From: Pirellulimonas nuda
GTDB lineage: Bacteria > Planctomycetota > Planctomycetia > Pirellulales > Lacipirellulaceae
Length of the DNA stretch: 64,000 bases
Direction of reading: 5' to 3'
Assembly: GCF_007750855.1 (NCBI RefSeq)
Contig: NZ_CP036291.1
Location: 5,180,905 to 5,244,904 of the forward strand
Positions 30,551 to 41,950 of this stretch are shown one piece after another (position 1 is the stretch's first letter; every line of letters starts with the position of its first letter). The position numbers and the translations under genes are program-made. Under the pieces are notes generated by a model. The model did not search any database, was not told the DNA's origin, and worked only from the letters and a program-made list of their open reading frames with translations.

Positions 30551-31117
30551 ATGCTCGACCAATTGTTCCTGTTCGCCGCCCTTCTTGGAGGGGGCGTGCT
30601 GGTGGTGCAACTCGCCATGATGCTGCTCGGCCTTGGGGGCGACGGGTTTGATTTTGACGTGGATGTCGACGCCGACCTCCCCGACGGCGACTCAGGGCAC
30701 TCCGGAGTGTGGTTCTGGGAAGTCCTTTCGATCCGCACACTCAGCGCATTCGGCGCTGCGTTTGGCATGGTTGGCATGGCCTGCAGGTCGTACGGCCAGT
30801 CGCCGTTGGCCGCGGGAACCTACGCTTCCCTGGCCGGTCTCGCCGCCATGTACGGCGTCTACTGGCTATTCAAGCAGATCTACCGGCTCGAATCGGCCGG
30901 CAACGAAGACATCCAGAACGCGCTCGACCTACCGGCCAAGGTTTACGTCCCGATCCCCGGCGAACACCGCGGCAAGGGAAAAGTGACGCTGACCATGCAA
31001 AACCGCACCGTCGAGTACCAGGCCGTTACCGATGAATCGCACGACCTAAAGACGGGCGAGCAAGTCACCGTCACAAGCGTCGTTTCGCCCGACACGCTAT
31101 GTGTCCGCAAGCTCTAG
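30551..31117 (+). CDS. NfeD-like membrane protein with C-terminal OB-fold (YqiJ-like)
   Basis: N-terminal TM helices and a C-terminal beta-rich OB-fold domain. Immediately upstream of a flotillin gene. Confidence 0.65.
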   Translation: MLDQLFLFAALLGGGVLVVQLAMMLLGLGGDGFDFDVDVDADLPDGDSGHSGVWFWEVLSIRTLSAFGAAFGMVGMACRSYGQSPLAAGTYASLAGLAAMYGVYWLFKQIYRLESAGNEDIQNALDLPAKVYVPIPGEHRGKGKVTLTMQNRTVEYQAVTDESHDLKTGEQVTVTSVVSPDTLCVRKL

Positions 31118-31184
31118 CTCTCAATCCAAAATTCGCTGAACTGATTCCTCCCCACGACTCCCACCAAGCAATCCAGGCGACGCC

Positions 31185-32816
31185 ATGACTACTACGCTCA
31201 TCCCCCTCGCCGAGTTTGAACTCCAAGGTTGGATGTGGATCGCCATGGGCGTAGGCGCCCTGCTAGTGATCGGCCTGACGGTGATGGCCACAGTGCTGAG
31301 CTACATCAAGCGTTGCAGCAGCAACCAAGTGCTCGTGGTCTACGGCATGACCGGCAAGGGGAAGTCGGCAAAGACAGTTCACGGCGGCGCCGCATTCGTG
31401 TGGCCCGTGATTCAGGACTACCAGTACCTGAGCCTCGAACCAATTCAAATCGAGATCCCGCTCCGCGGCGCCCTCTCGATTGAGAACATCCGCGTCAACG
31501 TACCAAGCGTCTTCACCGTCGCCATCGGCACCCAGCCCGACGTGATGGGCAACGCCTCGATCCGGTTGCTAAACCTCTCTACCGAAGAGATCCGTAAGCA
31601 GGCCGAGGAGATCATCTTCGGCCAACTCCGCCAGGTGATCGCCTCGATGGGGATCGAGGACATCAACCGCGACCGCGACACGTTCCTGCAGCACATCCAG
31701 AACTCGGTCGAACCAGAGTTGCAGAAGATCGGCTTAGTGCTGATCAACGTCAATATCACGGACATCACCGACGAGTCGGGCTACATCGACGCGATCGGCA
31801 AAAAGGCGGCCGCCCGCGCCATCCAGGCCGCCCGCGGCGACGTTGCCGACCAAGAGAAGGCGGGCGAGATCCGCGTCGCGGACGCGGAGAAGGAGCGGTA
31901 CATCTCGGTCGCCAACGCCACCAAGCTGCGTGAGATCGGCACCCGCGAGGCGATGCGTGAGCAGGCGGTGCGGATCGCCACGCTCGAGAAGGAACAGACC
32001 GTCGGCGAGCAGACCGCCGCGTTCGAGCGCGACGTGCAAGTCGAGCAGGCCGACCAAGAGAGGCGGATCGCGGTCGCAAACGCCCAGGCGCTGGCGATCG
32101 ACGGCGAGAACATCGCCGAAGCAAGGGTCGCCGCCTCAAAGGCGACGCTCCAGGTCCAACAGGCCGAGGCGTACGAGAAGGGCGAGTCCCGCAAGCGGGA
32201 GTCCGAAGCGGCGGTCATCGAGATCCAGAACCGTGCGATGGCCAAGGCAGCGTTGGCCGAAGCGGAGCGCATCGAGGCCGAAGAGCGGGCCAAGTACGAG
32301 GCGCCCGCCAAGGCCGCCAAGGCCCGCATCATCGTCGACGCCGAGGCAGAAGCCGAGAAGCGCCGCCTGGAGGCGATGGGTGAGGCGTCCGCCATCTACG
32401 CCAAGCTTGAGGCCGAAGCCCGCGGTCAGTACGAGATCCTGGCAAAGAAGGGCGAGGGCTTGAAGCAGATTGTCCAGGCCTGCGGCGGCGCCAGCCAGGC
32501 GTTCCAGCTGATGATGCTCGAGCACCTCGACACGCTCGCCGAGAGCAGCGCCAAGGCGATCAGCAACATCAAATTCGACAAGGTGGTGGTGTGGGAGAGC
32601 GGCGGCAAGGACGGCCGCAGCAGCACCGCCGACTTCCTGCACGGGATGGCCGGCACCCTCCCCCCGATGATGCAGGTGATGAAGGACATCGGCGGCGTCG
32701 ACATCCCCGAGAGCCTGGCCCGGTTGGTAGGGACAGAAGGCGCCTCGGAGTCCTCGGCCCCGAAGACGCGGGAGAACGGCGTGCCGAAGGCGCCGCAACC
32801 CACCCCAGAGATCTAA
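31185..32816 (+). CDS. Flotillin / band-7 (SPFH) family protein (YqiK/FloA-like)
   Basis: N-terminal TM segment and SPFH domain, followed by a long A/E/K-rich coiled-coil repeat region. Confidence 0.8.
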   Translation: MTTTLIPLAEFELQGWMWIAMGVGALLVIGLTVMATVLSYIKRCSSNQVLVVYGMTGKGKSAKTVHGGAAFVWPVIQDYQYLSLEPIQIEIPLRGALSIENIRVNVPSVFTVAIGTQPDVMGNASIRLLNLSTEEIRKQAEEIIFGQLRQVIASMGIEDINRDRDTFLQHIQNSVEPELQKIGLVLINVNITDITDESGYIDAIGKKAAARAIQAARGDVADQEKAGEIRVADAEKERYISVANATKLREIGTREAMREQAVRIATLEKEQTVGEQTAAFERDVQVEQADQERRIAVANAQALAIDGENIAEARVAASKATLQVQQAEAYEKGESRKRESEAAVIEIQNRAMAKAALAEAERIEAEERAKYEAPAKAAKARIIVDAEAEAEKRRLEAMGEASAIYAKLEAEARGQYEILAKKGEGLKQIVQACGGASQAFQLMMLEHLDTLAESSAKAISNIKFDKVVVWESGGKDGRSSTADFLHGMAGTLPPMMQVMKDIGGVDIPESLARLVGTEGASESSAPKTRENGVPKAPQPTPEI

Positions 32817-32820
32817 GCCC

Positions 32821-32920
32821 CCAGTAGTCCCAACTAACCGACGGGCTCCGCACCGTGGGGGTATCAAGAGCTAATTCGACCCAAGTGCACCCCGACGGGG
32901 CGGAGCCCGTCGGCTATTGG
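32821..32920. repeat. REP-like composite palindrome (two inverted CCAGTAGCCGACGGGCTNCGCCCCGTCGGG-type arms)
   Basis: Arm 32821..32861 pairs with arm 32891..32920. Same consensus as the elements at 35618, 43181 and 63778. Confidence 0.6.
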
Positions 32921-32984
32921 AAATCCCGCGTGTCGCGTCCACAATCGCTATCCGTCAGGCGCAGGATTACGCACGGGGACATGG

Positions 32985-33890
32985 ATGAAGGTTTCGGTCA
33001 TCGGCCTCGGCCACGTCGGTTCGGCGGTTGCCTACACGCTGCTCTCGCGTAGCGTCGCCAGTGAATTGATGCTGGTCAGCGGCCGGCTCAGCCGCGCCGA
33101 GGGTGAGGCGGCCGACCTGACGCACGCGAATGCCCTGCTGGGAACCCCCACCGAGGTCGTCGCCGGAGAGGCAGCCGACACCGCCGGTTCCGGGCTGATC
33201 GTGCTTTGCCACTCGGTCCCAACCCAGCGCGCGGGTCGCTACCTATTGGCCGAGGGGAACGGGCGGCTCTTTCGCGATACGCTCCCTCTGCTGGCCGAAC
33301 AGAGCCCCAATGCCATTTTTCTGGTCGTCTCCAACCCGGTCGACGCACTAAGCTACGTAGCCCTCCGGGCCACCGGCTTTCCGCCCGAGCGGGTCTTTGG
33401 CGCCGGCACGGTGATCGACAGCGGGCGATTCCGCGCCGCACTCTCTGAAGAAGAGGGGGTCCACCCCGAAGACGTCCGGGCGTACGTGCTCGGCGAGCAC
33501 GGCGACACGCAGTTTGCCGCCCTTAGCCTGGCCCGTACGGGCGGCGTTCCGCTGGCCAACCCGGCTCGGGCAGCCGAAATCTTCGAAGAAGTCAAAGACG
33601 CGGCCTATTACGTGTTCCAGCGCAAGGGCTATACCAACTACGCCATCGCGGCCGCGGTCGGCATGATCGCCGGCAGCATCGCTCAGGACGAGTGCCGGAC
33701 AATGCCCGTTTCGGTGCTGATAAACGGATACCTGGGGGTGAGCGGCGTCTGCCTGTCGCTACCTTGCGTGGTGGGGCGCGGGGGGGTTCACCGCGTGTTG
33801 CACCCAGAATTGACTCCAAGCGAGGCGGACTCTTTCCGGGCCAGCGCTCAAGTAGTGCGGACGCACATCGAACAGGCGCTGGCCGACTAG
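32985..33890 (+). CDS. ldh: L-lactate/malate dehydrogenase family protein
   Basis: MKVSVIGLGHVGSAVAY... Rossmann fold with LDH/MDH catalytic region (GEHGDTQ). Confidence 0.75.
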   Translation: MKVSVIGLGHVGSAVAYTLLSRSVASELMLVSGRLSRAEGEAADLTHANALLGTPTEVVAGEAADTAGSGLIVLCHSVPTQRAGRYLLAEGNGRLFRDTLPLLAEQSPNAIFLVVSNPVDALSYVALRATGFPPERVFGAGTVIDSGRFRAALSEEEGVHPEDVRAYVLGEHGDTQFAALSLARTGGVPLANPARAAEIFEEVKDAAYYVFQRKGYTNYAIAAAVGMIAGSIAQDECRTMPVSVLINGYLGVSGVCLSLPCVVGRGGVHRVLHPELTPSEADSFRASAQVVRTHIEQALAD

Positions 33891-33926
33891 CGGTGCGGCT
33901 TCCGGATCACGGCTCGGCCAGCAAGA

Positions 33927-35606
33927 ATGGCGCCCATGCCCTCCCTGGCCGAACCACCTACGAACGTGGCCGACCGCCTTGCTGTTTTGGCCGGTTCCCG
34001 CGGCGATGCGATCGCCGTGGTGCAGTGCGCGCGCCGCGGAGGTCGATCGATCACCTTCGCCGAGCTCGACGCCGACGCGACCGCGATCGCCCGAGGCTTG
34101 GCCGCAATGGGCGTCGGCCGCGGTGACCGGATCGCCCTGCTGGTGCGTCCGGGGGTGGAGTTTGTGACGCTGGTGTTTGCCCTGCTGCGGAGCGGCGCCG
34201 CGATGGTGCTGGTCGACGCCGGCCTGGGCAAGCAGAACATCGTCCGCTGCCTGCAAGCAGCTCGGCCCGACGGGTTTGTGGCGATCCCGCAGGGCCAAGC
34301 GTTGCGGGTCGCACTGCGCGGTCGGTTCCGGGATGCTAGAAAGAACGTGACCGTAGGACGGCGTTGGTTCTGGGGGGGCGAAACCCTCCAGGGCGTGCGA
34401 ACGGCTGGCCAGAGCGGGAGCTTGCCCCCCACTTCGGCGGACGAACCAGCGGCGATCGTGTTCACCTCCGGCAGCACCGGCCCCCCCAAAGGGGTGCTCT
34501 ACACGCACCGCACTTTCGTGACGCAGGCCGAAGAGATTGAGCGGCAATACGGCCTGACCGCTGGCGGGGTCGACCTCGCATGCTTTCCGCTGTTCGGCCT
34601 GTTCAACGTCGCCTGCGGGGTGACCACGGTATTCCCGCAGATGGACTTCAGCCGCCCCGCGAGTTGCGATCCAAGGAAGCTTCTCGCGGCTGCAAATGTT
34701 TGGAAGTGCACGCAGGCGTTCGCGTCCCCAGCGGTGTGGGACCGGCTGGGTCGGCATTGCGAACGAACCGGCCAGTCCATCCCAACACTCCGCAGCGTCT
34801 TCAGTTGCGGCGCCCCAGTGCCGGCCCCCGTGATCCGCCGCTCGCTGGCGTGCGTTCACCCGGAAGCCAGGCTCCACACCCCGTACGGGGCCACCGAGGC
34901 TCTGCCGGTCGCCACGATCGAAGCCCAAGAGATCCTCAGTGAAACCGCGGAGAAAGCCGCCGAAGGCGCTGGCGTTTGCGTCGGCCGCAGGTTCGACACG
35001 ATCGACTGGCGGATCATCCGCATCACCGACGACCCGATCCGGGTGATCGATCAAGCAGAAGAACTCCCGCTAGGCGAGCTCGGCGAGTTGATCGTCCGGG
35101 GCCCTCAGGTAAGCCTCACCTACCTAGGCGAGCCAAAGGCGTCGGAGCCCGGGGTTGCGCCCGAGCGATCCATTCACAACGCAATCGCCAAGATTGGCGA
35201 CGGCCCGGTCGTCTGGCACCGCATGGGTGACGTCGGCTATTTCGACCCCGAACAGCGATTCTGGTACTGCGGGCGCAAATCACAGCGGGTGGTCACCACA
35301 GCGGGTACGCTATTCACGGAGTGCGTCGAGGCGAGGTTCAACGCGATCGCGGGGGTGGCGCGGTCGGCGCTGGTCGGCGTCGGCGATCGTCCCAACCAGA
35401 CGCCGGTGGTTATTGTCGAGCTAGAGCCCGGGGCGCCCGAAGCAGTGGTGCGTGAAGAGCTGCGGGCGCTGGTCGGCTCGGACACACAACTTGGGATGAT
35501 TGTGAACATCCTGTTTCATCACAAACTCCCGACCGATGTGAGGCACAACTCGAAAATCCAGAGAGAGAAACTATCGCTTTGGGCGGCGCAGCGATTGGAG
35601 GCTTAG
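33927..35606 (+). CDS. oleC: OleC-like AMP-dependent synthetase (olefin beta-lactone synthetase family)
   Basis: FTSGSTGPPKGV, HRMGDVGYFDPEQRFWYCGRKSQRV and DVRHNSKIQREKLSLWA. To my recollection these closely track the characterised Xanthomonas OleC. Confidence 0.7.
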   Translation: MAPMPSLAEPPTNVADRLAVLAGSRGDAIAVVQCARRGGRSITFAELDADATAIARGLAAMGVGRGDRIALLVRPGVEFVTLVFALLRSGAAMVLVDAGLGKQNIVRCLQAARPDGFVAIPQGQALRVALRGRFRDARKNVTVGRRWFWGGETLQGVRTAGQSGSLPPTSADEPAAIVFTSGSTGPPKGVLYTHRTFVTQAEEIERQYGLTAGGVDLACFPLFGLFNVACGVTTVFPQMDFSRPASCDPRKLLAAANVWKCTQAFASPAVWDRLGRHCERTGQSIPTLRSVFSCGAPVPAPVIRRSLACVHPEARLHTPYGATEALPVATIEAQEILSETAEKAAEGAGVCVGRRFDTIDWRIIRITDDPIRVIDQAEELPLGELGELIVRGPQVSLTYLGEPKASEPGVAPERSIHNAIAKIGDGPVVWHRMGDVGYFDPEQRFWYCGRKSQRVVTTAGTLFTECVEARFNAIAGVARSALVGVGDRPNQTPVVIVELEPGAPEAVVREELRALVGSDTQLGMIVNILFHHKLPTDVRHNSKIQREKLSLWAAQRLEA

Positions 35607-35617
35607 AGCGTCATGCG

Positions 35618-35643
35618 TCGACGGGGCGGGGCCCGTCGGCTGT
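35618..35643. repeat. REP-like palindromic unit (GACGGGGCGGGGCCCGTCGGCTG)
   Basis: Member of the CCGACGGG...CCCCGTCGG family, lying just downstream of oleC. Confidence 0.5.
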
Positions 35644-35711
35644 TCGCGAATTAGCGGGAGCGTCTGCTCGTACATCCTTCGTTCATCACTCATCGTGCGG
35701 CGTTTGGGTTT

Positions 35712-36797
35712 ATGCTTGCTTTGGTCACCGGTCCTGGGGGGTTCCTGGGCCGGTATATCGTCGAACAGCTGCTCGCCCGTGGAGACCGGGTGCGGGGGCT
35801 GGCGCGCGGAGACTACCCGGAGCTCGCGATGCTCGGCGTCCAGATGCATCGGGGCGACCTTGCGGATCGAGCCGCGGTGGTGCGGGCCTGCGACGGCGTC
35901 GACTGCGTGTTTCACGTCGCCGGCAAGGTGGGCGTATGGGGGCACTGGTTCGACTATTTCCAGGCGAACGTGCAGGGGACACTCAACGTGCTGGGCGCCT
36001 GCCAGGAGGTAGGGGCGCCCCGCCTGGTATTCACCAGCAGCCCCAGCGTTACGTTTGACGCCGCCCGATGGCAGGGCGCCGATCAGCGGGGCGTCGACGA
36101 GCGGGCGCCCTACCCCGAGTCGTGGCTCGCCCACTACCCGCACTCCAAGGCGCTTGCCGAGCAGCTCGTGCTAACCGAGAACGGCGAGCGGATCGCCGGA
36201 GGCGGCGTGCTGCAAACCTGCGCGCTGCGTCCCCACCTAGTCTGGGGTCCGCGAGACCATCACCTCGTCGCCCGGCTGATCGACCGGGCAGAATCGGGGC
36301 GCCTGCGCCGCGTCGGCGATGGTCAGAACCGCGTCGACATCACCTACGTCGAAAACGCCGCCCACGCCCACCTGCTGGCGGCCGACGCTTTGGCGACGCC
36401 CGGCTCCCCCGCGGCGGGTAAGGCCTACTTTATAAGCCAGGGCGAACCGGTCGCCTGCTGGCCCTGGATCGATCAGGTCCTCGGGCTTGCCGACCTTCCG
36501 CCGGTAGCACGCTCAATCTCCGAAGCCACTGCTTGGCGGGTCGGCTGGCTGCTGGAACACGCCCACTGGTGGACCCGCCGGTGGAACCACGAACCGCGCA
36601 TGACCCGCTTCGTCGCCCGCTCGCTAGCGACCGACCACTGGTTCGACATCTCGGCCGCGAAGCAAGATTTTGGCTACGAGCCCCAGATTTCGACAGCAGA
36701 GGGGATGCAACAGCTGAGGAAGTGGCTGCAAACCCCGGGCGCCGCCGACCTACGGTCGGGCCGCAGCAGGAATGGGGCCGCCACGCGCCGACCCTAG
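35712..36797 (+). CDS. oleD: OleD-like NAD(P)-dependent reductase (3-beta-hydroxysteroid dehydrogenase/epimerase family)
   Basis: VTGPGGFLGRYIVEQL Rossmann motif and the YPHSKALAE catalytic YxxxK. Adjacent to oleC. Confidence 0.65.
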   Translation: MLALVTGPGGFLGRYIVEQLLARGDRVRGLARGDYPELAMLGVQMHRGDLADRAAVVRACDGVDCVFHVAGKVGVWGHWFDYFQANVQGTLNVLGACQEVGAPRLVFTSSPSVTFDAARWQGADQRGVDERAPYPESWLAHYPHSKALAEQLVLTENGERIAGGGVLQTCALRPHLVWGPRDHHLVARLIDRAESGRLRRVGDGQNRVDITYVENAAHAHLLAADALATPGSPAAGKAYFISQGEPVACWPWIDQVLGLADLPPVARSISEATAWRVGWLLEHAHWWTRRWNHEPRMTRFVARSLATDHWFDISAAKQDFGYEPQISTAEGMQQLRKWLQTPGAADLRSGRSRNGAATRRP

Positions 36798-36921
36798 GTC
36801 GGCAGCAAGCGACCTCTCCCCAAAGCCGCCAACTCGCAGCCCCTCGCCCCTAACCCCTCGCCCCCCGTACAATCCGCGTCCATCCGTCCCGCACTCCGAA
36901 TTCCCTATTCCGCACCCCACA

Positions 36922-38694
<1,773 letters not shown>

Positions 38695-38747
38695 TTGGCC
38701 GTGAGCGCTCGATACTGGACTGCGTTTGACGGGCTAAGGGCGGACCA

Positions 38748-39473
38748 GTGAATCGCATTCGCGCCAGAATCGCCGCTGTCGTCGATGACCCAACGACTCG
38801 TATCGGCTTCGCGTTTGCGATCACGATACAGTTGTTGATTATCGCGTCATTGGTGACCTTCGCTGTAGACACGCTACCCGACCTGCCTCCACGAACGCGT
38901 GACTACCTCGAACTATTTGAGGTAGTCACCGTCGGCGTATTTTCGTTGGAGTACCTACTGAGAATCTTCGCTTCCCCGGGGCCGATTCGGTTCATCTGTA
39001 GTTTCTTCGGCTTGATGGACTTGCTGGCGATCCTGCCCTTCTATCTTACAGCTTCGCTCGACCTGCGTGCGGCTCGGTCGTTCCGGCTGCTGCGTCTCTT
39101 CCGTATCTTCAAACTCGCACGCTACAGCGCAGCGGTTCGGCGGTTTCATCGCGCCTTTCTGATCGCGAAGGAAGAGCTTGTCCTTTTCTTGATGGTTGCG
39201 CTGATCCTGCTCTATCTCTCAGCAGTCGGGATCTACTACTGCGAGAATGAGGCGCAGCCCGAAAAGTTTTGCTCAGTATTCCACAGCCTATGGTGGTCCG
39301 TCGCGACGCTCACGACGGTTGGATACGGAGACATCTATCCGGTAACCGTCGCAGGCAAGGCGTTTACCTTTCTTGTGCTGCTCGTGGGGCTGGGCGTCGT
39401 GTCGGTGCCAGCCGGGCTCGTGGCGTCTGCGCTCGCAAAGGCGCGAGAAATGGAGTCCGTCGAACGCAAGTGA
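38748..39473 (+). CDS. Voltage-gated-like potassium channel (6TM, Kv-type)
   Basis: S4-like RSFRLLRLFRIFKLARY. Selectivity filter TTVGYGD. Confidence 0.75.
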   Translation: MNRIRARIAAVVDDPTTRIGFAFAITIQLLIIASLVTFAVDTLPDLPPRTRDYLELFEVVTVGVFSLEYLLRIFASPGPIRFICSFFGLMDLLAILPFYLTASLDLRAARSFRLLRLFRIFKLARYSAAVRRFHRAFLIAKEELVLFLMVALILLYLSAVGIYYCENEAQPEKFCSVFHSLWWSVATLTTVGYGDIYPVTVAGKAFTFLVLLVGLGVVSVPAGLVASALAKAREMESVERK

Positions 39474-39610
39474 CAACGACTTGAGTTCGGGAGTGCATCG
39501 CCCAACCGATCTGCTTTGACAACGAAGGTCGCCGTCCGAGCAACGCGACCGTCTGGCGTTAGAAGGGATCGACGCCGGGCGTACATGGATTACGTGTTGG
39601 CCACGTACGA

Positions 39611-39690
<80 letters not shown>

Positions 39691-39939
39691 AGCGGTCAAG
39701 CCATTCGCGGCCGACGCCGGACTTCAGCCACTTCTCCCGCTGCATTGCGAGGGCTCGAGTCGGAAACGACTCCGAGTGGATTAGCACCCACGGGCCAGAG
39801 TTCCGCGTCGTGAACTTGCGTGGGTTGTGAGCCGGATCGTTGTGCTCGGCGACCCGCCGCTCTAGATCGTCGGTCTGGCCGACGTAACGCTTGCCAGTTG
39901 TCTCACTGATGAGAACGTAGACCCAAAAAGCCGCAAGCA

Positions 39940-40015
<76 letters not shown>

Positions 40016-40019
40016 ATAT

Positions 40020-40253
40020 GTCTTATTCTTCTCCGGCAGCTAGCGGTTAATCCGCCTGCGGCGGACCTGCTCTACCAACTGAGCTACAGGGGAATATGTC
40101 TTATTCTTCTCCGGCAGCTAGCGGTTAATCCGCCTGCGGCGGACCTGCTCTACCAACTGAGCTACAGGGGAATATGTCTTATTCTTCTCCGGCAGCTAGC
40201 GGTTAATCCGCCTGCGGCGGACCTGCTCTACCAACTGAGCTACAGGGGAATAT
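40020..40253. repeat. Three tandem 78-bp repeats immediately 5' of tRNA-Asn, each containing a truncated tRNA-Asn 5' half plus a GC hairpin and variant ATTAA anticodon-like loop
   Basis: The unit GTCTTATTCTTCTCCGGCAGCTAGCGGTTAATCCGCCTGCGGCGGACCTGCTCTACCAACTGAGCTACAGGGGAATAT is repeated three times without mismatch. Confidence 0.8.
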
Positions 40254-40348
40254 CCCGGCGGAACGTTTCCGCCGAGTTCTCTATTCTAGCTCGCCCGCCG
40301 GCGCCATCAAGTCCGGGCGATTCTCAATGTTTTGGCGGCATTTTCTGC

Positions 40349-40963
40349 CTACCCCGCCCGCTTCGTCCCGTAAACCGCCGGGTTCAAGGTGGGATCGTTG
40401 TACATCTTCATTTGGCGATAGACCCGCAGCAGCTTCCGCCCGGTGAAGACATCGGAGAGCAGCTCTTCGAGCGAACCCGACAGGTCGGCCCTCTGGATCC
40501 GACAACGGCGCAGCTTTTCGGTAACCCGCTGGCGGTGGGCGTCGTCCACTTCGGGGCGTTCGAGCTCTTCTTCTAGGTGGTACACCCGCAGGGCCATGAT
40601 CGAGAGCCGGTCGATGGCGCTGCCAGGGGTCTCCGTGTTCAGCGTCGCGTCGCCCGAGGGCAACACGCCGGCGCTGGCGAGCATCTCGACCAGCGTCTCG
40701 TCCGTTCGCTCGATGTAGTCGTTCCTCTGCTGGTTGAACCCGTCGATCGCCCGCTTCACCTCAGCGATCTTCTGATCGGTGGCCTCCGGGCAGCGGGCCA
40801 GGTCTTCTTGGTGCCAAAGCTGGAAGTTGAACTGGTGCTGTTGGCACACAACCGCCAACAGGCCCGTGTAGGGATTGTTGAGCGGCTGGTGATGCCAACG
40901 CTCCACGGTGGTTGCGTGTAGGTCGCTGACCTGCTGGATGATCGTACGGCTGTCGAGCAACAT
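40349..40963 (-). CDS. Hypothetical protein (possibly DUF4254 family)
   Basis: About 204 aa starting at the internal ATG (MLLDSRTII). Contains LWHQEDLARC and a charged helical C-terminus. The family assignment is from memory of a motif only. Confidence 0.45.
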   Translation of the reverse strand: MLLDSRTIIQQVSDLHATTVERWHHQPLNNPYTGLLAVVCQQHQFNFQLWHQEDLARCPEATDQKIAEVKRAIDGFNQQRNDYIERTDETLVEMLASAGVLPSGDATLNTETPGSAIDRLSIMALRVYHLEEELERPEVDDAHRQRVTEKLRRCRIQRADLSGSLEELLSDVFTGRKLLRVYRQMKMYNDPTLNPAVYGTKRAG

Positions 40964-41024
40964 CACGCTCTCCTCAGACTTTTTGGGAAACGGCCCGGCT
41001 TGAGTGCCGGGGTGGCATTGATTC

Positions 41025-41933
41025 TTAGGCCGCAAGCCGAGCCGCGGCGGCTGCGCTCGGCAGCACAACGACACTCAGACCGAACTTCTCGGCGGTTTCG
41101 CGGAAGGCTTCTTCGTCTAGCAGGATGGTCTTGTCCGCCTCGATAGCCAGCACCTTGGCGCCCGCCTCCACCATCGCGTGCAGCGTGCCGACCCCCACGG
41201 TTGGGACATCGAAACGCATGTCTTGGTTCGGCTTGCTGACTTTGACGACCGTCAGGCCGCCGGCGCGACACAGCCCGCCGGCGCGGCGGATCGCGGCGTC
41301 GGTCCCTTCAATGGCTTCGACAGCGAACACGGCCCGGTCCTTGATGCAGACGCTTTGGCCGATGTCGAGGCCTCCCATCTGCTTCGCCATCTCCCAGCCG
41401 AACTCAACGTCGGCTTGTTGGGCTGGTGTGAGCGATCGGCCAGTTAGCGATCCGGCTTTCACGAGGAGCTCCGGGGCGAAATCGGTGGGGGGAAGGAACT
41501 CGACGCCGCCGCTGGCAAAGGCGTTCACCAGCGTCGTCAGCAGCGTGTCGTCTCGTTGGTCGGCGGTGCGGGCGAACACGTGGGGCCAGAACGCCCGCAC
41601 GAAGGCGAGGTCGGGCAAGTGATAAAGCAAAGCGTTAGGGCGGTAGAACTGAGCCTTGTGCAGCTTGCCGGCCATCGTGGCGTGGCGGGCCCCGTGGCGG
41701 CGGAAGAAGCGGATAGCGCGGCCGAGCCGGGTGGCGCCGGTCCACTCAAACCGATTGGCGATCTTTGCCAGGGCCGGGTCGGCGTGACCGCGCAGCCCGA
41801 GGCACACCACTGGATTGCCCTGCTCGCGCAGCGCCTCGGCTACGGTAATCGGGAATCGGCCCCAAGCGGCTAGCAATCCGATCGGGGCGTCGGGCGCCGG
41901 AATCGATGGAGGTGTCGTCGACATAGTCGTCAA
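41025..41933 (-). CDS. lpxI: UDP-2,3-diacylglucosamine hydrolase LpxI (DUF1009)
   Basis: GLDIGQSVCIKDRAVFAVEAIEGTDAAIRRAG and DVPTVGVGTLHAM motifs. Immediately downstream of lpxD. Confidence 0.7.
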   Translation of the reverse strand: MTTMSTTPPSIPAPDAPIGLLAAWGRFPITVAEALREQGNPVVCLGLRGHADPALAKIANRFEWTGATRLGRAIRFFRRHGARHATMAGKLHKAQFYRPNALLYHLPDLAFVRAFWPHVFARTADQRDDTLLTTLVNAFASGGVEFLPPTDFAPELLVKAGSLTGRSLTPAQQADVEFGWEMAKQMGGLDIGQSVCIKDRAVFAVEAIEGTDAAIRRAGGLCRAGGLTVVKVSKPNQDMRFDVPTVGVGTLHAMVEAGAKVLAIEADKTILLDEEAFRETAEKFGLSVVVLPSAAAAARLAA

Positions 41934-41950
41934 AGCTGATTTCGAACTGC

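Noticed and set aside
33927-36797. Calling the oleC-oleD pair a complete olefin biosynthesis cluster
   Set aside because: oleA and oleB are absent from the window, so only the two-gene partial module is reported.
40020-40253. Possible CRISPR array (regular tandem repeats next to a nuclease-like gene)
   Set aside because: The 78-bp units are entirely identical with no unique spacers. Their content is tRNA-Asn-derived (acceptor + D-arm). The period and structure do not fit CRISPR repeat-spacer organisation, and there are no cas genes.
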